DNA of 63,112 nucleotides, filler included. It is 5 parts of 5 records of this genome, joined end to end, with 100 filler letters (N's around TTAATTAATTAA, not from the genome) between each part and the next. Parts side by side here need not be neighbours in the genome. Positions count along the whole stretch, not along the records: positions 25,166 to 41,330 come from DRR723986_5283; positions 41,431 to 49,669 come from DRR723986_5294; 3 more parts are not named here. One strand, 5' to 3'. The notes under the pieces were generated by a model, which had not been told where the DNA came from, made no database searches, and saw only the letters and a list, made by a program, of their open reading frames with translations. The translations under genes were made by a program, and so were the position numbers. The stretch's first letter is position 1. Every line of letters begins with the position of its first letter. Below are positions 38,481 through 48,426 of the stretch, piece after piece.

Positions 38481-39493
38481 AATTATTGATCACTGGTGGT
38501 TGTGGTTTTCTGGGTAGTAACCTGGCTGCCCATGCAATTGAGCAGGGTATTGACTTGGTGGTATTTGACAACCTCAGCCGCTTCGGTGCAGTAGCCAATT
38601 TACAATGGCTGCAAAGCAAAGGCAGTTTCAAGTTTGTACATGGCGATATTCGCAATTCCAACGACGTCAGCCGAATTGTCAAAGAATTAAAACCCGATGC
38701 CGTTTATCACCTGGCTGGGCAAGTGGCCATGACAACATCCATTGCAAATACTCGTATGGATTTTGAAGTCAATGCACTCGGTTCCTTCAATGTGTTGGAG
38801 GCTGTGCGAGATCATTCTCCCAATGCGTGTGTACTGTATTCCTCCACCAACAAGGTGTATGGCGATCTGGAACAGTTTAATTACGAAGAAACGCCAACTC
38901 GCTATAGCTGTACGAGCAAACCCAATGGCTTTGATGAAACGGTGCCTCTCGATTTTCATTCACCCTATGGTTGTTCCAAAGGTTCAGCAGACCAGTACAT
39001 GCTCGACTTCCATAGAATATTCGGCCTACGCACGGTGGTATTCCGTCATTCATCTATGTACGGTGGGCGTCAGTTTGCAACCGCAGATCAAGGCTGGGTG
39101 GGTTGGTTTTGCGAGCAAGCAGTTCAAACGCAGAGAAGTTCAAATCACAGGTTCACCATTTCTGGCACTGGCAAGCAGGTTCGCGATGTTCTGCACGCTG
39201 AGGACATGATCCGTCTTTACTACGCTGCAACCTCCAAGATCGATTCAGCTGCAGGGCAGGCATTCAACATTGGAGGTGGCATGCCCAATAGTTTGTCGCT
39301 GCTTGAACTGTTCAACATGCTAGAGCAAATCACCGATACAAGAATGAACTTTGATCGGTTGCCTCCTCGTGAAAGCGATCAGCGCGTATTTGTTGCAGAC
39401 CTGACCAAAGCGCAGCAAGTGCTTCAATGGGCGCCGGGCGTGTCAGCGTTTGATGGGGTTTCAAAAATGGTGGACTGGATTTCTTCTCGTTGA
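38477..39493 (+). CDS. tyv: CDP-paratose 2-epimerase (CDP-tyvelose epimerase)
   Basis: [66 protein letters not shown] closely match Salmonella/Yersinia RfbE/Tyv as recalled. Confidence 0.92.
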   Translation: MKLLITGGCGFLGSNLAAHAIEQGIDLVVFDNLSRFGAVANLQWLQSKGSFKFVHGDIRNSNDVSRIVKELKPDAVYHLAGQVAMTTSIANTRMDFEVNALGSFNVLEAVRDHSPNACVLYSSTNKVYGDLEQFNYEETPTRYSCTSKPNGFDETVPLDFHSPYGCSKGSADQYMLDFHRIFGLRTVVFRHSSMYGGRQFATADQGWVGWFCEQAVQTQRSSNHRFTISGTGKQVRDVLHAEDMIRLYYAATSKIDSAAGQAFNIGGGMPNSLSLLELFNMLEQITDTRMNFDRLPPRESDQRVFVADLTKAQQVLQWAPGVSAFDGVSKMVDWISSR

Positions 39494-39515
39494 ACAAGCA
39501 AAGAGCGCGAATTTA

Positions 39516-39866
39516 ATGGTTAGCAAACAGCAAGAAAGCAGGGAAGACTTGCATTTCAAAACACTGAAGTTGATCGAGGCCAAGCCAGACATTACTCAGC
39601 GAGAACTCGCCGATCAATTGGGCATTAGTTTGGGTAAAACCAACTATGTATTGAAAGCCCTGAAGGACAAAGGTTTGGTGAAACTGGGTAACTTTAGCCG
39701 CAACCCCAATAAATTGCAGTATGTCCACCTGCTTACGCCTCAAGGCCTGTCTGAAAAAACCCAGCTTACCCTTCGTTTTTTAAAACGCAAGGTTCAGGAA
39801 TACGAACAGCTTAAAGCCGAAATTGACGAGCTTAAACACACGCTGGAGTCTGAGAAAAGTGAGTAA
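39516..39866 (+). CDS. EPS-associated MarR family transcriptional regulator
   Basis: [44 protein letters not shown]. Confidence 0.88.
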   Translation: MVSKQQESREDLHFKTLKLIEAKPDITQRELADQLGISLGKTNYVLKALKDKGLVKLGNFSRNPNKLQYVHLLTPQGLSEKTQLTLRFLKRKVQEYEQLKAEIDELKHTLESEKSE

Positions 39867-41037
39867 ACAATACAAAGTTGCTGTGGCTGGTACTGGCTAC
39901 GTGGGTTTAAGCAATGCAATGTTGTTGGCGCAACATCACCACGTTGTGGCACTCGACATTTTGCCCGGCAAGGTTGAAATGCTGAACAACAAAGTAAGCC
40001 CAATTGAAGACAAGGAGATTGAGCTTTTCCTTCGCGAGAAGCCACTTCATTTCAAAGCCACTACTGACAAAGCAGAGGCCTACGCCAATGCAGACTTCGT
40101 CATTATTGCAACACCCACCGATTATGATCCGCAAACGAATTACTTCAACACACAGTCAGTTGAAGCAGTTATTCGCGATGTTATGGCACTCAACCCCACC
40201 GCATTGATGGTCATTAAATCAACTGTTCCGGTGGGCTATACAACCAGGGTTCGCGAACAATTCGGTACAAGTAACCTTATTTTCAGCCCAGAATTTTTGC
40301 GCGAGGGAAAAGCCCTTTACGACAATTTGCACCCCAGCCGAATTGTGGTGGGTGAGCAAAGTGGGCGAGCAAAGATATTTGCCGGCATGCTTCAAGGCGG
40401 AGCCATTAAGCAAGACATTCCAGTGCTGTTTACCGACAGTACCGAGGCCGAGGCAATCAAATTGTTCAGCAATACTTATTTGGCCATGCGCGTGGCTTAC
40501 TTCAACGAGCTCGACACTTACGCTGCTACACATAGGCTAAACACCAAGCAAATTATTCAAGGTGTTTGCCTGGACCCACGTATTGGTAACCACTACAACA
40601 ACCCCAGTTTTGGTTATGGGGGGTATTGTTTGCCAAAAGACACCAAACAATTGTTGGCCAATTATCAGGATGTTCCGCAAACACTGATGAGTGCAATTGT
40701 TAATGCCAACAGCACCCGGAAAGACTTCATTGCGGAAGATATTTTGAAGTTAAAACCCAATGTGGTGGGTATTCACCGATTGGTGATGAAAGCGGGCAGT
40801 GACAATTTCAGATCTAGCAGTGTGCAGGGGGTAATGAAACGCCTTAAAGCCAAGGGAGTAGAAGTAATTGTCTACGAACCCGCTTTAAGTGAGCCTGAGT
40901 TTTTTAGAAGCAGGGTAGTGAATAACCTTCCTGAATTCAAACAACAGGCCAACGTAATTGTTGCCAATCGAATTACAGAAGACATTAGAGATGTCGCATT
41001 CAAGGTGTATACGCGAGATCTTTTTGGCAACGACTAG
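39859..41037 (+). CDS. ugd: UDP-glucose 6-dehydrogenase
   Basis: [44 protein letters not shown] start overlaps upstream gene. Confidence 0.95.
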   Translation: MSKQYKVAVAGTGYVGLSNAMLLAQHHHVVALDILPGKVEMLNNKVSPIEDKEIELFLREKPLHFKATTDKAEAYANADFVIIATPTDYDPQTNYFNTQSVEAVIRDVMALNPTALMVIKSTVPVGYTTRVREQFGTSNLIFSPEFLREGKALYDNLHPSRIVVGEQSGRAKIFAGMLQGGAIKQDIPVLFTDSTEAEAIKLFSNTYLAMRVAYFNELDTYAATHRLNTKQIIQGVCLDPRIGNHYNNPSFGYGGYCLPKDTKQLLANYQDVPQTLMSAIVNANSTRKDFIAEDILKLKPNVVGIHRLVMKAGSDNFRSSSVQGVMKRLKAKGVEVIVYEPALSEPEFFRSRVVNNLPEFKQQANVIVANRITEDIRDVAFKVYTRDLFGND

Positions 41038-41059
41038 CAACGACTAACCCAGTAGTTCA

Positions 41060-41330
41060 ATGACACAAGAACATCAAATTTTATTGGCCAACGGCCGCAA
41101 ATTTTCCGCCAATGCCGAAACCTCGATTCTAGACAATGCATTGCGACAGGGTGTTGCGCTTGAACACAGCTGTAAAAATGGGCGTTGTGGTGTTTGTAAA
41201 ACCCAGTTGCTCAACGGGCAAACTGAAGTGCTACAGCATGAGGAAAGCTTGCAGGAAGCGGAGAAACAGGCGGGCTTTATACTAACCTGTTGCCGAAAAG
41301 CATTGGCCAATGTTGAAATTGATGCAGAAG
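41060..41330 (+). CDS. 2Fe-2S ferredoxin domain of CDP-6-deoxy-delta3,4-glucoseen reductase (DdhD/AscD/RfbI), truncated
   Basis: HSCKNGRCGVC...ILTCC plant-type 2Fe-2S motif in a dideoxyhexose cluster. Confidence 0.75.
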
Positions 41331-41430
41331 NNNNNNNNNNNNNNNNNNNNNNNNNNNNNNNNNNNNNNNNNNNNTTAATTAATTAANNNNNNNNNNNNNN
41401 NNNNNNNNNNNNNNNNNNNNNNNNNNNNNN
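41331..41430. other. artificial contig spacer
   Basis: N44-TTAATTAATTAA-N44. Confidence 0.98.
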
Positions 41431-41631
41431 GCTGCCGGTCGGGTGGGTGCTTTCATCCTTGAGGTAGATGGAAATCCCTCCGAGGCCGGAGAACACCGGC
41501 TTGACCAGATGCGTGTCCGCAGAGCGCCGCGCATCGCCCCGCAACAGAGCGATGGCGCGCCGGGACCACTCGCGTTCGGGGCAGTCGGGCAGCGGAGAGA
41601 GGTCGCGGCAGTCGCGAGGGTGAAGCGTCAT
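41431..41631 (-). CDS. PLP-dependent cysteine synthase-family protein, Cds1-like L-cysteine desulfhydrase (N-terminal part)
   Basis: W..RAI..L..DARRSADTHL...IYLKDESTHPTGS is the typical N-terminus of this subfamily. Confidence 0.8.
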
Positions 41632-41632
41632 G

Positions 41633-42007
41633 TCACAGCCCGATCACGGCTTCGATTTCCACCAGCGCACCCTTGGGCAGGGCCGAGACCTCATAGCAGG
41701 CGCGGGCGGGGTAGGGGGCCTGAAAGGCCTTGCCGTATTCCTCGTTCAACTCGGCGAAACCCGACAGGTCGGTGAGCAGGATCGTGGTCTTCACGGTGCG
41801 GGACATGTCGGTGCCTGCGGCCTCGGCGATGGCGGCGATGTTCTTCAGGCATTGGCGCATCTGGCCCACCGCCTCCGTCGAGGCGAATTCGCCGGTCGCC
41901 GGGTCGATCGGCAGCTGGCCGGAGACGAAGAGCAGGTCGCCGATGCGCATGGCCTGGCTGTAGGGGCCGATGGCGGCGGGGGCGTTGGGGGTGTCGATCG
42001 GGGTCAT
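41633..42007 (-). CDS. ridA: RidA family deaminase
   Basis: APAAIGPYSQA, SGQLP, YPARAC (Arg), LPKGALVEIEAV. Confidence 0.92.
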   Translation of the reverse strand: MTPIDTPNAPAAIGPYSQAMRIGDLLFVSGQLPIDPATGEFASTEAVGQMRQCLKNIAAIAEAAGTDMSRTVKTTILLTDLSGFAELNEEYGKAFQAPYPARACYEVSALPKGALVEIEAVIGL

Positions 42008-42037
42008 GGTTTGGGTCCTTCGAAGGGTGTTTCGGGG

Positions 42038-42601
42038 TCAGCTGGAATGGCCAAGCGGGTGCATGAGCCGGTTGGCCCAGCCGAAGATGGCGATGGACTG
42101 AATCAGGTCCTGAATCTCGGCGTCGTCCATGCCCGCCGCGCGCAGGGCGTCGACATGGCCCCGGTCGGCGCGCGGCGGGGTGACTGTCAGGGCCTCGGCA
42201 AAGTCGAGGATCGCCGCGTCCCGCGCGCTCAGCGCGTCGCGCCGCCCGGCATGAAGCGCCGAGGTGGCCGTGGGACCGGCCAGCTTGGCGTGCTGGCGCG
42301 CGTGGACGTTGGCGCAATACTGGCAGCCGTTGACCAGCGAGGCGCCAAGCGCGCCCAGCTCGCGGTCCGGCCGGGGCAGGCCGCCCTCGGCGTACATGAT
42401 GGCGTTGAACAGCTCGGTTCGTGCCACATAGCTGTCGGGGTCATGCACCAGCGTGCGCACATAGGCAGAGACCTTCTTGGCCGAGGGCGTGACCTTCATG
42501 GCGTCCAACTGGCGCGGGGTGGCCTCTGCAACCTCGACCGGCGGCAGATAGGGGGTCCAGGTCAGGGGTTTGACCCGGATGCGGGGGATGTCGTCAGGCA
42601 T
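42038..42601 (-). CDS. AhpD/CMD family alkylhydroperoxidase-related protein (CxxC)
   Basis: LTWTPYLPPV, ARTELFNAIMY, RELGAL..SLVNGCQYCANVH, AIFGWANRL. Confidence 0.85.
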   Translation of the reverse strand: MPDDIPRIRVKPLTWTPYLPPVEVAEATPRQLDAMKVTPSAKKVSAYVRTLVHDPDSYVARTELFNAIMYAEGGLPRPDRELGALGASLVNGCQYCANVHARQHAKLAGPTATSALHAGRRDALSARDAAILDFAEALTVTPPRADRGHVDALRAAGMDDAEIQDLIQSIAIFGWANRLMHPLGHSS

Positions 42602-43076
42602 CGGCGGCCTCCTTCAAAAGCGAGAGCCCGTGCACGATGCGCGTCTCGTAGCAGACCTGCGCCAGCAGTTCGGACAGGGCGATGATCTGCGGCACGGTGA
42701 ACCCGGCGGCCAGAAGCGCCTGAAGATCGGCCTCGGAGGCGCGGGCGGGCGTGGCGGCGATCATGTCGGTATGGCGCGCAAGGGCGGCCAGCGCCGCGTC
42801 CTGCGGCGTGCCGCCCCGGGCGAGGTCGTGCAGATCGGGCGCCTCTGGGGCCGGGTAGCCCGCCAGCAGCGCGGCATTGCCGGCAAAGGCGGCCGCGCGA
42901 TGGGCCACGGCCAGACGCAGGTCCGGAGAGAGGCCGAGGTCGTCCTCGGGGTGCAGGACCGCCGCGCGGGCGCGTTCCGCCCCGCTGGCGAACTCCGGGC
43001 GGCCTGCCCGGAGCTGCGAGAGGGCGTCCCCGGCGGTCAGGCCGAGGGCGGTGTCGATGGCGTCTTGGGTGGTCAT
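42594..43076 (-). CDS. CMD-domain protein lacking CxxC (Avi_7170/YciW N-half-like)
   Basis: True start MTTQDAID (43076, overlaps dctM stop); LARHTDMIAATP..LLAAGFTVPQIIALSELLAQVCYETRIVHGL. Confidence 0.75.
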   Translation of the reverse strand: MTTQDAIDTALGLTAGDALSQLRAGRPEFASGAERARAAVLHPEDDLGLSPDLRLAVAHRAAAFAGNAALLAGYPAPEAPDLHDLARGGTPQDAALAALARHTDMIAATPARASEADLQALLAAGFTVPQIIALSELLAQVCYETRIVHGLSLLKEAADA

Positions 43077-44368
43077 CGGTTTACAGGCCCCATGATGAGA
43101 TCCGGCAACCAGAGCGTGATGATCGGGAAGGCCGTGATGAGGATGAGCGCGACGAAGGGCGGGATCAGCAGCGGCAGGATCGCCACCGAAAGCCGCTCGA
43201 ACTTCACGCCGGAGACGGCGGACATCAGGTAGAGCCCGACGCCCAAGGGTGGCGTGGCGATGCCGATCAGCAGGGCCAGCGTGATGATCATGCCGAACTG
43301 CACACGGTCGATGCCGAAGGCGTCCGCCGCGGGCAGCAGCAGGGGCAGGAGGATGATCTTGGCCGGCGTCGCTTCCATGAAGCAGCCGATGACGATCAGC
43401 AGCACCACCACGAAGATCAGGAAGACCGTGCGGCTGTCGATCGTATCGAGGAAGCCGGTGGCGAAGGCCTGCGGCACCTGCTCGAAGGCGAAGAGCCAGC
43501 CCATGGTCTGCGACGCGCCGATGATCATCATGATGAGCGCCGAGAGCAGCGCGCTTTCCTTCAGCGCGGTCCAGAGCATCTGGAGCGTCAGCACGCGGTA
43601 GGCGAGGCCGATGAGCAGGGTGTAGACGCAGGCGATCACGCCCGCCTCCGTCGCGGTGGCAAAGCCGAAAACGATGGCGCCGAGGATGATGGCCGGGGCG
43701 ATCAGGGCCGGGACGCCTTCGAGGACCGCGCGCTTGACCGAGGCCATGGAGCGGGGGGCTTCGCGCGGCATCTCCTGAAAGACGCACATGACGCGGATGT
43801 AGGCGATGAAGGAGATCGCCACCAGCAGCCCCGGCACGATCCCGGCAAGGAACAGGCGCGCGACCGATTCATTGGCCAGCCAGGCATAGACGATCAGGCT
43901 GATCGATGGCGGCACGATGGGTCCGACGAGCGAGGTGGCGACGGTCAGCGCGGCGGCGAATTCATGCGAATAGCCGCGTTCGCGCATGGCGCGCACCTCG
44001 ATCTGGCCCAGCCCCGCGATATCGGCGGTGGCCGCACCCGAGACGCCCGCGAAGATCAGCGAGGCGATGACGTTCACATAGGCCAGCCCGGCGCGCACGC
44101 TGCCGATCAGGGCGAGGGCGAAGTTGAAGATCTTGTCGGTCATGCCGACCGCGTTCATCAGGCTTCCGGCAAGGATGAAGAACGGGATGGCGAGCAGGGC
44201 CGATTTGCTGGCGCCGCCGATGATCTGCTGGGGAAAGACGAGGGCGAAGTCCATCAGCCCGGCCCAGTAGAGGCCGGCGACCGTACCGGCGCCGATGGCG
44301 ATGGTCACGGGGACGCCCAGCATCATCAGCAGCATGAAGGCGCCGATTACCACGAATCCGAGGGTCAT
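43073..44368 (-). CDS. TRAP transporter large permease DctM
   Basis: LLAIPFFILAG, GVSGAATAD, GPIVPPSI, TATEAG, TPPLG. Confidence 0.95.
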   Translation of the reverse strand: MTLGFVVIGAFMLLMMLGVPVTIAIGAGTVAGLYWAGLMDFALVFPQQIIGGASKSALLAIPFFILAGSLMNAVGMTDKIFNFALALIGSVRAGLAYVNVIASLIFAGVSGAATADIAGLGQIEVRAMRERGYSHEFAAALTVATSLVGPIVPPSISLIVYAWLANESVARLFLAGIVPGLLVAISFIAYIRVMCVFQEMPREAPRSMASVKRAVLEGVPALIAPAIILGAIVFGFATATEAGVIACVYTLLIGLAYRVLTLQMLWTALKESALLSALIMMIIGASQTMGWLFAFEQVPQAFATGFLDTIDSRTVFLIFVVVLLIVIGCFMEATPAKIILLPLLLPAADAFGIDRVQFGMIITLALLIGIATPPLGVGLYLMSAVSGVKFERLSVAILPLLIPPFVALILITAFPIITLWLPDLIMGPVNR

Positions 44369-44904
44369 TTTGTCTGTCCAGCCTCCAGCAGGTCTCCCGG
44401 CGGTGTGCGCGGATAGGGATTGATCTCGCCGGTCAGCACATGCAGCGCGTGCAGGCAGAAATGCACGACGAGGCAGGCGGCGGAGAGGAAGAGCGGCAGG
44501 CTGTTGACGTAGATCGGCAGGGCGATGGTCTCCATCTGGCCGGTCTGCATCGCCACCAGTTCCTGCGCGGGCGAGAGGATCATGTACATGAAGAGCAGCC
44601 CGATCAGGTCGGCGAAGACCGCCAGCGCCCGGCGGACGGGCAGGGGCATGCGCGCGGCGACCAGATCGACCACCACGTCGCGGTTTTCGCGCATGTAGAC
44701 GTAGACGCCGAGGCAGGTCATCCAGACGAACATCAGCATCGTCCAGTGGTAGACCCAGTCGAAGGCATCGCCGAGGAACGAGCGGCTGAGGATGTTGGCC
44801 ATGTTCATGGCCAGCATCACGAGCAGGAGAAGGGCGATCGCGGCCTTGAACAGGGCCGCGATCGCGTCCAGCCCCGCCCCGATGGGGGAGAGGAGCCGGG
44901 TCAT
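44365..44904 (-). CDS. TRAP transporter small permease DctQ
   Basis: Start MTRLLSP at 44904; 4 TM; NILSRS, WTMLMFVWMTCLG. Confidence 0.88.
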   Translation of the reverse strand: MTRLLSPIGAGLDAIAALFKAAIALLLLVMLAMNMANILSRSFLGDAFDWVYHWTMLMFVWMTCLGVYVYMRENRDVVVDLVAARMPLPVRRALAVFADLIGLLFMYMILSPAQELVAMQTGQMETIALPIYVNSLPLFLSAACLVVHFCLHALHVLTGEINPYPRTPPGDLLEAGQTK

Positions 44905-45908
44905 CACTGCGCGCTTTTCCGGGCGGCGTCCACGGCCTCCATCAGGCCGGCGGGCAGCTCGCCCGCGGCTTCGCGGTCGGCGTAGAAGGCGGCCGTCTTC
45001 TCGATGATGGCCGAGGTGTCGAAGCTGTCGGAATAGGTCACGCCGTCCAGCGCCTTGATCCGTTCGACGGTCTCGTCCGCGCCGGAGAACACCGCGTTCC
45101 ACGCGAAGGCGGCGGCATCGGCATGGGCCTTGGTCAGGGCTTCCTTGTTCTCGTCCGAGAGCGCTTGGAAAGCGGCGTCGTTCATCATGAAGGCGATGGC
45201 CTGCGGGTATTCGTCGGTCCGCACGATATGCGGCGCCACCTCGTAGAAGCGGGTGGATTCGATCAGTTCCAGCGGCGAGGTCACCGCATCCACGATGTTG
45301 CGGTTCATCGCGTCGTAGACTTCGCCCCAGGGCAGGACGACGACTTCGGCGCCGAGGTTTTCCCAGACGTCGATCACCAGCTGGCCGTCGAACTGGCGGA
45401 CCTTGCGGCTGGCGATGTCCTCGGGCGCGGTGATCGGCTCCACACTCAGGAGGGTGCGGAAGGAGCCGCGCGGAAAGGCCGGGGCGTCGCCGAGGATCGA
45501 GATGCCAGAGGCCTCTGTCACGTCGGCCAGCCAGCCCTGCACCATGTCGCCGCGGATGAAGGTGGCCCAATGCTCGTAGTCGTCGAAGAGGAACGGCGCC
45601 GAGGCGTAGCGGATGTCATCCTCCCACCGCGCGAGGAAGGTCATGGCCGAGGGCGCAAGCTGGATCACGCCGGCGCTGAGCTGTTCGACCACGGCATCCA
45701 TCTGGCCGATCTGCGAGTTCGGGAAGATCCGGATGGTCAGGTCGCCGCCGGAGTATTCGGCGACTTTCTCGGCGAGGACCTCGTAGGCTTGCCCCTCGAT
45801 GCTGTCGGGGGCGACCATGGAGCTGAGCCGCCATGTTTCGGCACTGGCGGGGAGGGCGGCGGTGGTCGCGAGGGCCACGGCGGCAGCAAGGCGGGGGAAG
45901 TGGCGCAT
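44904..45908 (-). CDS. TRAP transporter substrate-binding protein DctP
   Basis: Signal peptide; IRIFPNSQIG, APFLFDD, SRKVRQ, LPWGEVYDAM. Confidence 0.92.
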   Translation of the reverse strand: MRHFPRLAAAVALATTAALPASAETWRLSSMVAPDSIEGQAYEVLAEKVAEYSGGDLTIRIFPNSQIGQMDAVVEQLSAGVIQLAPSAMTFLARWEDDIRYASAPFLFDDYEHWATFIRGDMVQGWLADVTEASGISILGDAPAFPRGSFRTLLSVEPITAPEDIASRKVRQFDGQLVIDVWENLGAEVVVLPWGEVYDAMNRNIVDAVTSPLELIESTRFYEVAPHIVRTDEYPQAIAFMMNDAAFQALSDENKEALTKAHADAAAFAWNAVFSGADETVERIKALDGVTYSDSFDTSAIIEKTAAFYADREAAGELPAGLMEAVDAARKSAQ

Positions 45909-45983
45909 ATCAGGTCTCCTGTTGGAATTTGTTCGTTTTGGGGGCTTGCGATGATCTACTTAATGCATAATGATGAGGGTATC

Positions 45984-46973
45984 ATGTCAATAGAAAATAG
46001 TAAAAAGTTCGATCTCAAAGTGCTGGAAGCCTTTTTGGCAGCCATGTCCTGCGGGTCGATGACCAAGGCCGCGGCCCATCTGGGCGTCGGTCAGCCCGCG
46101 GTGACGCGCATGATCAAGGAGTTGGAGGTCGCCGTCGGCTTTCCCCTGTTTCATCGCAACGGACCGCGCATCTCTCCCACCGATCGCGGGCTGCGGTTCC
46201 ACGAAGAGGTGCAGCGCGTCGTGGCCGGGCTGCGCCAGATCGGCCAGCGCGCCGAGGCGATCCGGACCGAACGCGTCGCCTCCATCGACATCGCCGCGAC
46301 GCCCACCATGGCGGCGGGGCTGACCGGCCCGGCGTTGAAGGCGCTGGCCGAGGATCTGCCGCATCAGGTCAACGTCCAGACGATGAACGCGGAGCATGTG
46401 ATCCGGGCGCTGCGCAGCCGCACCGCCGATTTCGGCATCGCCGCCAACCCGATCGACCACGCCGGGATGGTCCGGCACGTGGCCTGCGAATCGCGGCTGG
46501 TGGGCGTGGTGGCCGAAAGCTCGCCGCTGGCCGGGTCGAAGGAGCCGCTGCCGATGTCGATCTTCGCCGAAGAGCGGCTGATCACCGTGGGCAATGCCTT
46601 CCGGATCCGCCACACCATCGACCAGGTGCTGCAGGGGCTTCGGATCGCCCCACCGTCGGAATTCGCCACCAATACCTCGCTCAACGCGGTCATGGCGGCG
46701 CGCGCGGGGCTTGGCGTGGCGATCGTCGACCCGGTCACCGCCTATGGCGTTCCGGTCGAGGGCGTCAGGATCGTCCCGCTGGACACGCCGATGCCCTACG
46801 TCTGGGAACTGCTCAGCGACGCCGACCGCGCGCTTTCGCGCCATCTGGGGGCCTTCGTCGACGCCTTCCGCACGGCCTGTCTGGCGACGGTGCCCGATTG
46901 CGTCCTGCTGGAGGGCGCGGGCGATGCGGACCCCACATCCATCCACCAATCCCTGCCCGGAGATGCTTCATGA
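45984..46973 (+). CDS. LysR family transcriptional regulator
   Basis: FDLKVLEAF..GSMTKAAAHLGVGQPAVTRMIKELE..GFPLFHR; ORF-track 5' extension is antisense to dctP. Confidence 0.93.
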   Translation: MSIENSKKFDLKVLEAFLAAMSCGSMTKAAAHLGVGQPAVTRMIKELEVAVGFPLFHRNGPRISPTDRGLRFHEEVQRVVAGLRQIGQRAEAIRTERVASIDIAATPTMAAGLTGPALKALAEDLPHQVNVQTMNAEHVIRALRSRTADFGIAANPIDHAGMVRHVACESRLVGVVAESSPLAGSKEPLPMSIFAEERLITVGNAFRIRHTIDQVLQGLRIAPPSEFATNTSLNAVMAARAGLGVAIVDPVTAYGVPVEGVRIVPLDTPMPYVWELLSDADRALSRHLGAFVDAFRTACLATVPDCVLLEGAGDADPTSIHQSLPGDAS

Positions 46974-48400
46974 CAGAGCCTGCAAGCCTCGCGGAACTGG
47001 AGGCCGAGTTCGCCCGGCAACGCCAGCTTCTCAACCTGCCGCCGAAGCCGTGGATGCCGGTCACGACCGGCCCCGGGGGCGAGGCCGTGCTGGATGTCGC
47101 CATCGTCGGCGCCGGGCTTTGCGGTCTGGTGGCCAATGCGGCGCTAGAGATGGAAGGCATCACCAACGTGCGCCTGCTGGACCGCGCGCCCGCCGGGCAG
47201 GAAGGGCCGTGGATCACCTTCGCCCGCATGAAGACCCTGCGCACCATCAAGGAAGCCGCTGGCCCGGCGCTCGGCATCCCGGCGCTGACCTTCCGCGCCT
47301 GGTTCGAGGCGCAATGGGGCCGGGAGGCATGGGACGAGATGACGCTCGCGCCGCGGACCATGTGGATGGATTACCTGAACTGGTACCGCAAGATGACGCG
47401 GCCCGATGTGCTGAATGACTGCGACGTGTCCGAGATCCTGCCCGAGGGTGCGCTGTTCCGCCTGCGCACCAGCGCCGGGGACATCCGCGCGCGCCGCGTG
47501 GTCCTCGCCATGGGGCTGGATGCGCTTGGCGCGCCCAAGCTGCCGCCCGTCGCGCAGGGTTTGCCGAAAGGTACCGTTTACCACTCCGCCGATGTCTTCG
47601 ACGTCGCCAGCCTGAAGGGCAAGCGCGTGATCGTGGTGGGCGCGGGCGCCTCGGCCATGGACAACGCCGCCGCCGCGCTGGAGGCGGGCTGCGCGCGTCT
47701 CGACCTGCTGATCCGCCGTCCGGCGCTGCCGGCCATCGACAAGTTCACCGGCACCGGCTCTCGCGGGATGACCGCGGGCTTCGTGGCGCTGGACGATGCG
47801 CAGAAATGGGCGCTGATGGACACGGGCGGCCGGTTTCCCGTGCCGCCCCCGGCGCATTCCGTCGCGCGCGTCGCGCAGCACGACAACGCCCACCTGCATC
47901 TGGGCGCGCCGATAAAGGCCATGTCGCACGGGCCGGAGGGGCTTGCGGTCGACACCCCGCAGGGCCGTCTGCAGGCGGATGTGGCGATCTTCGCCACCGG
48001 CTTCGGCATCTCGATGCAGGACCGCCCCGAACTGGCGGAACTGGCGCCGCATTGGCGCACATGGGGCGACGTGGTGGGCCCCGAGAAGGCCGCGCAGAAC
48101 CGCGAACTGGCCGCGCATCCGCATCTCAACCCGGATTTCACCTTCGCCGAACGCGAGCCCGGCAGCTGCCCGGCGCTGGCGCGGCTGTGCTGTTTCGCCT
48201 ACGCGGCGGTGCCCAGCCACGGCAAGGTCACATCCGGCATTCCCTCGGCCTCGGAGGGCGCGCGGCGGCTGGCGGGGGGGCTGGTCCGCTCCTTCTTCGC
48301 CGAGGACGCGGCCTACCACCTCGACCGCTTCGAGACCTACGACACCCCGGATTTCTCCCCCGACATCTGGCCCGCGACGCAACTCAGCCTTTCGGCCTGA
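46970..48400 (+). CDS. class B flavin monooxygenase, HpyO-like FAD/NAD(P)-dependent oxidoreductase
   Basis: DVAIVGAGLCG, EGPWITFARMKTLRT, VIVVGAGASAMDNA, IFATGF. Confidence 0.85.
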   Translation: MTEPASLAELEAEFARQRQLLNLPPKPWMPVTTGPGGEAVLDVAIVGAGLCGLVANAALEMEGITNVRLLDRAPAGQEGPWITFARMKTLRTIKEAAGPALGIPALTFRAWFEAQWGREAWDEMTLAPRTMWMDYLNWYRKMTRPDVLNDCDVSEILPEGALFRLRTSAGDIRARRVVLAMGLDALGAPKLPPVAQGLPKGTVYHSADVFDVASLKGKRVIVVGAGASAMDNAAAALEAGCARLDLLIRRPALPAIDKFTGTGSRGMTAGFVALDDAQKWALMDTGGRFPVPPPAHSVARVAQHDNAHLHLGAPIKAMSHGPEGLAVDTPQGRLQADVAIFATGFGISMQDRPELAELAPHWRTWGDVVGPEKAAQNRELAAHPHLNPDFTFAEREPGSCPALARLCCFAYAAVPSHGKVTSGIPSASEGARRLAGGLVRSFFAEDAAYHLDRFETYDTPDFSPDIWPATQLSLSA

Positions 48401-48426
48401 GACCCCTTCCCAACAAGGCCCTGCCC

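Noticed and set aside
4978-42007. Two similar ridA genes (4978-5361 and 41633-42007) as a duplication
   Set aside because: They lie on different contigs from different organisms, and RidA is near-universal.
46970-48400. Calling the monooxygenase a urate hydroxylase (hpyO)
   Set aside because: Family resemblance only; no HIU hydrolase, OHCU decarboxylase or other purine genes are in the visible cluster.
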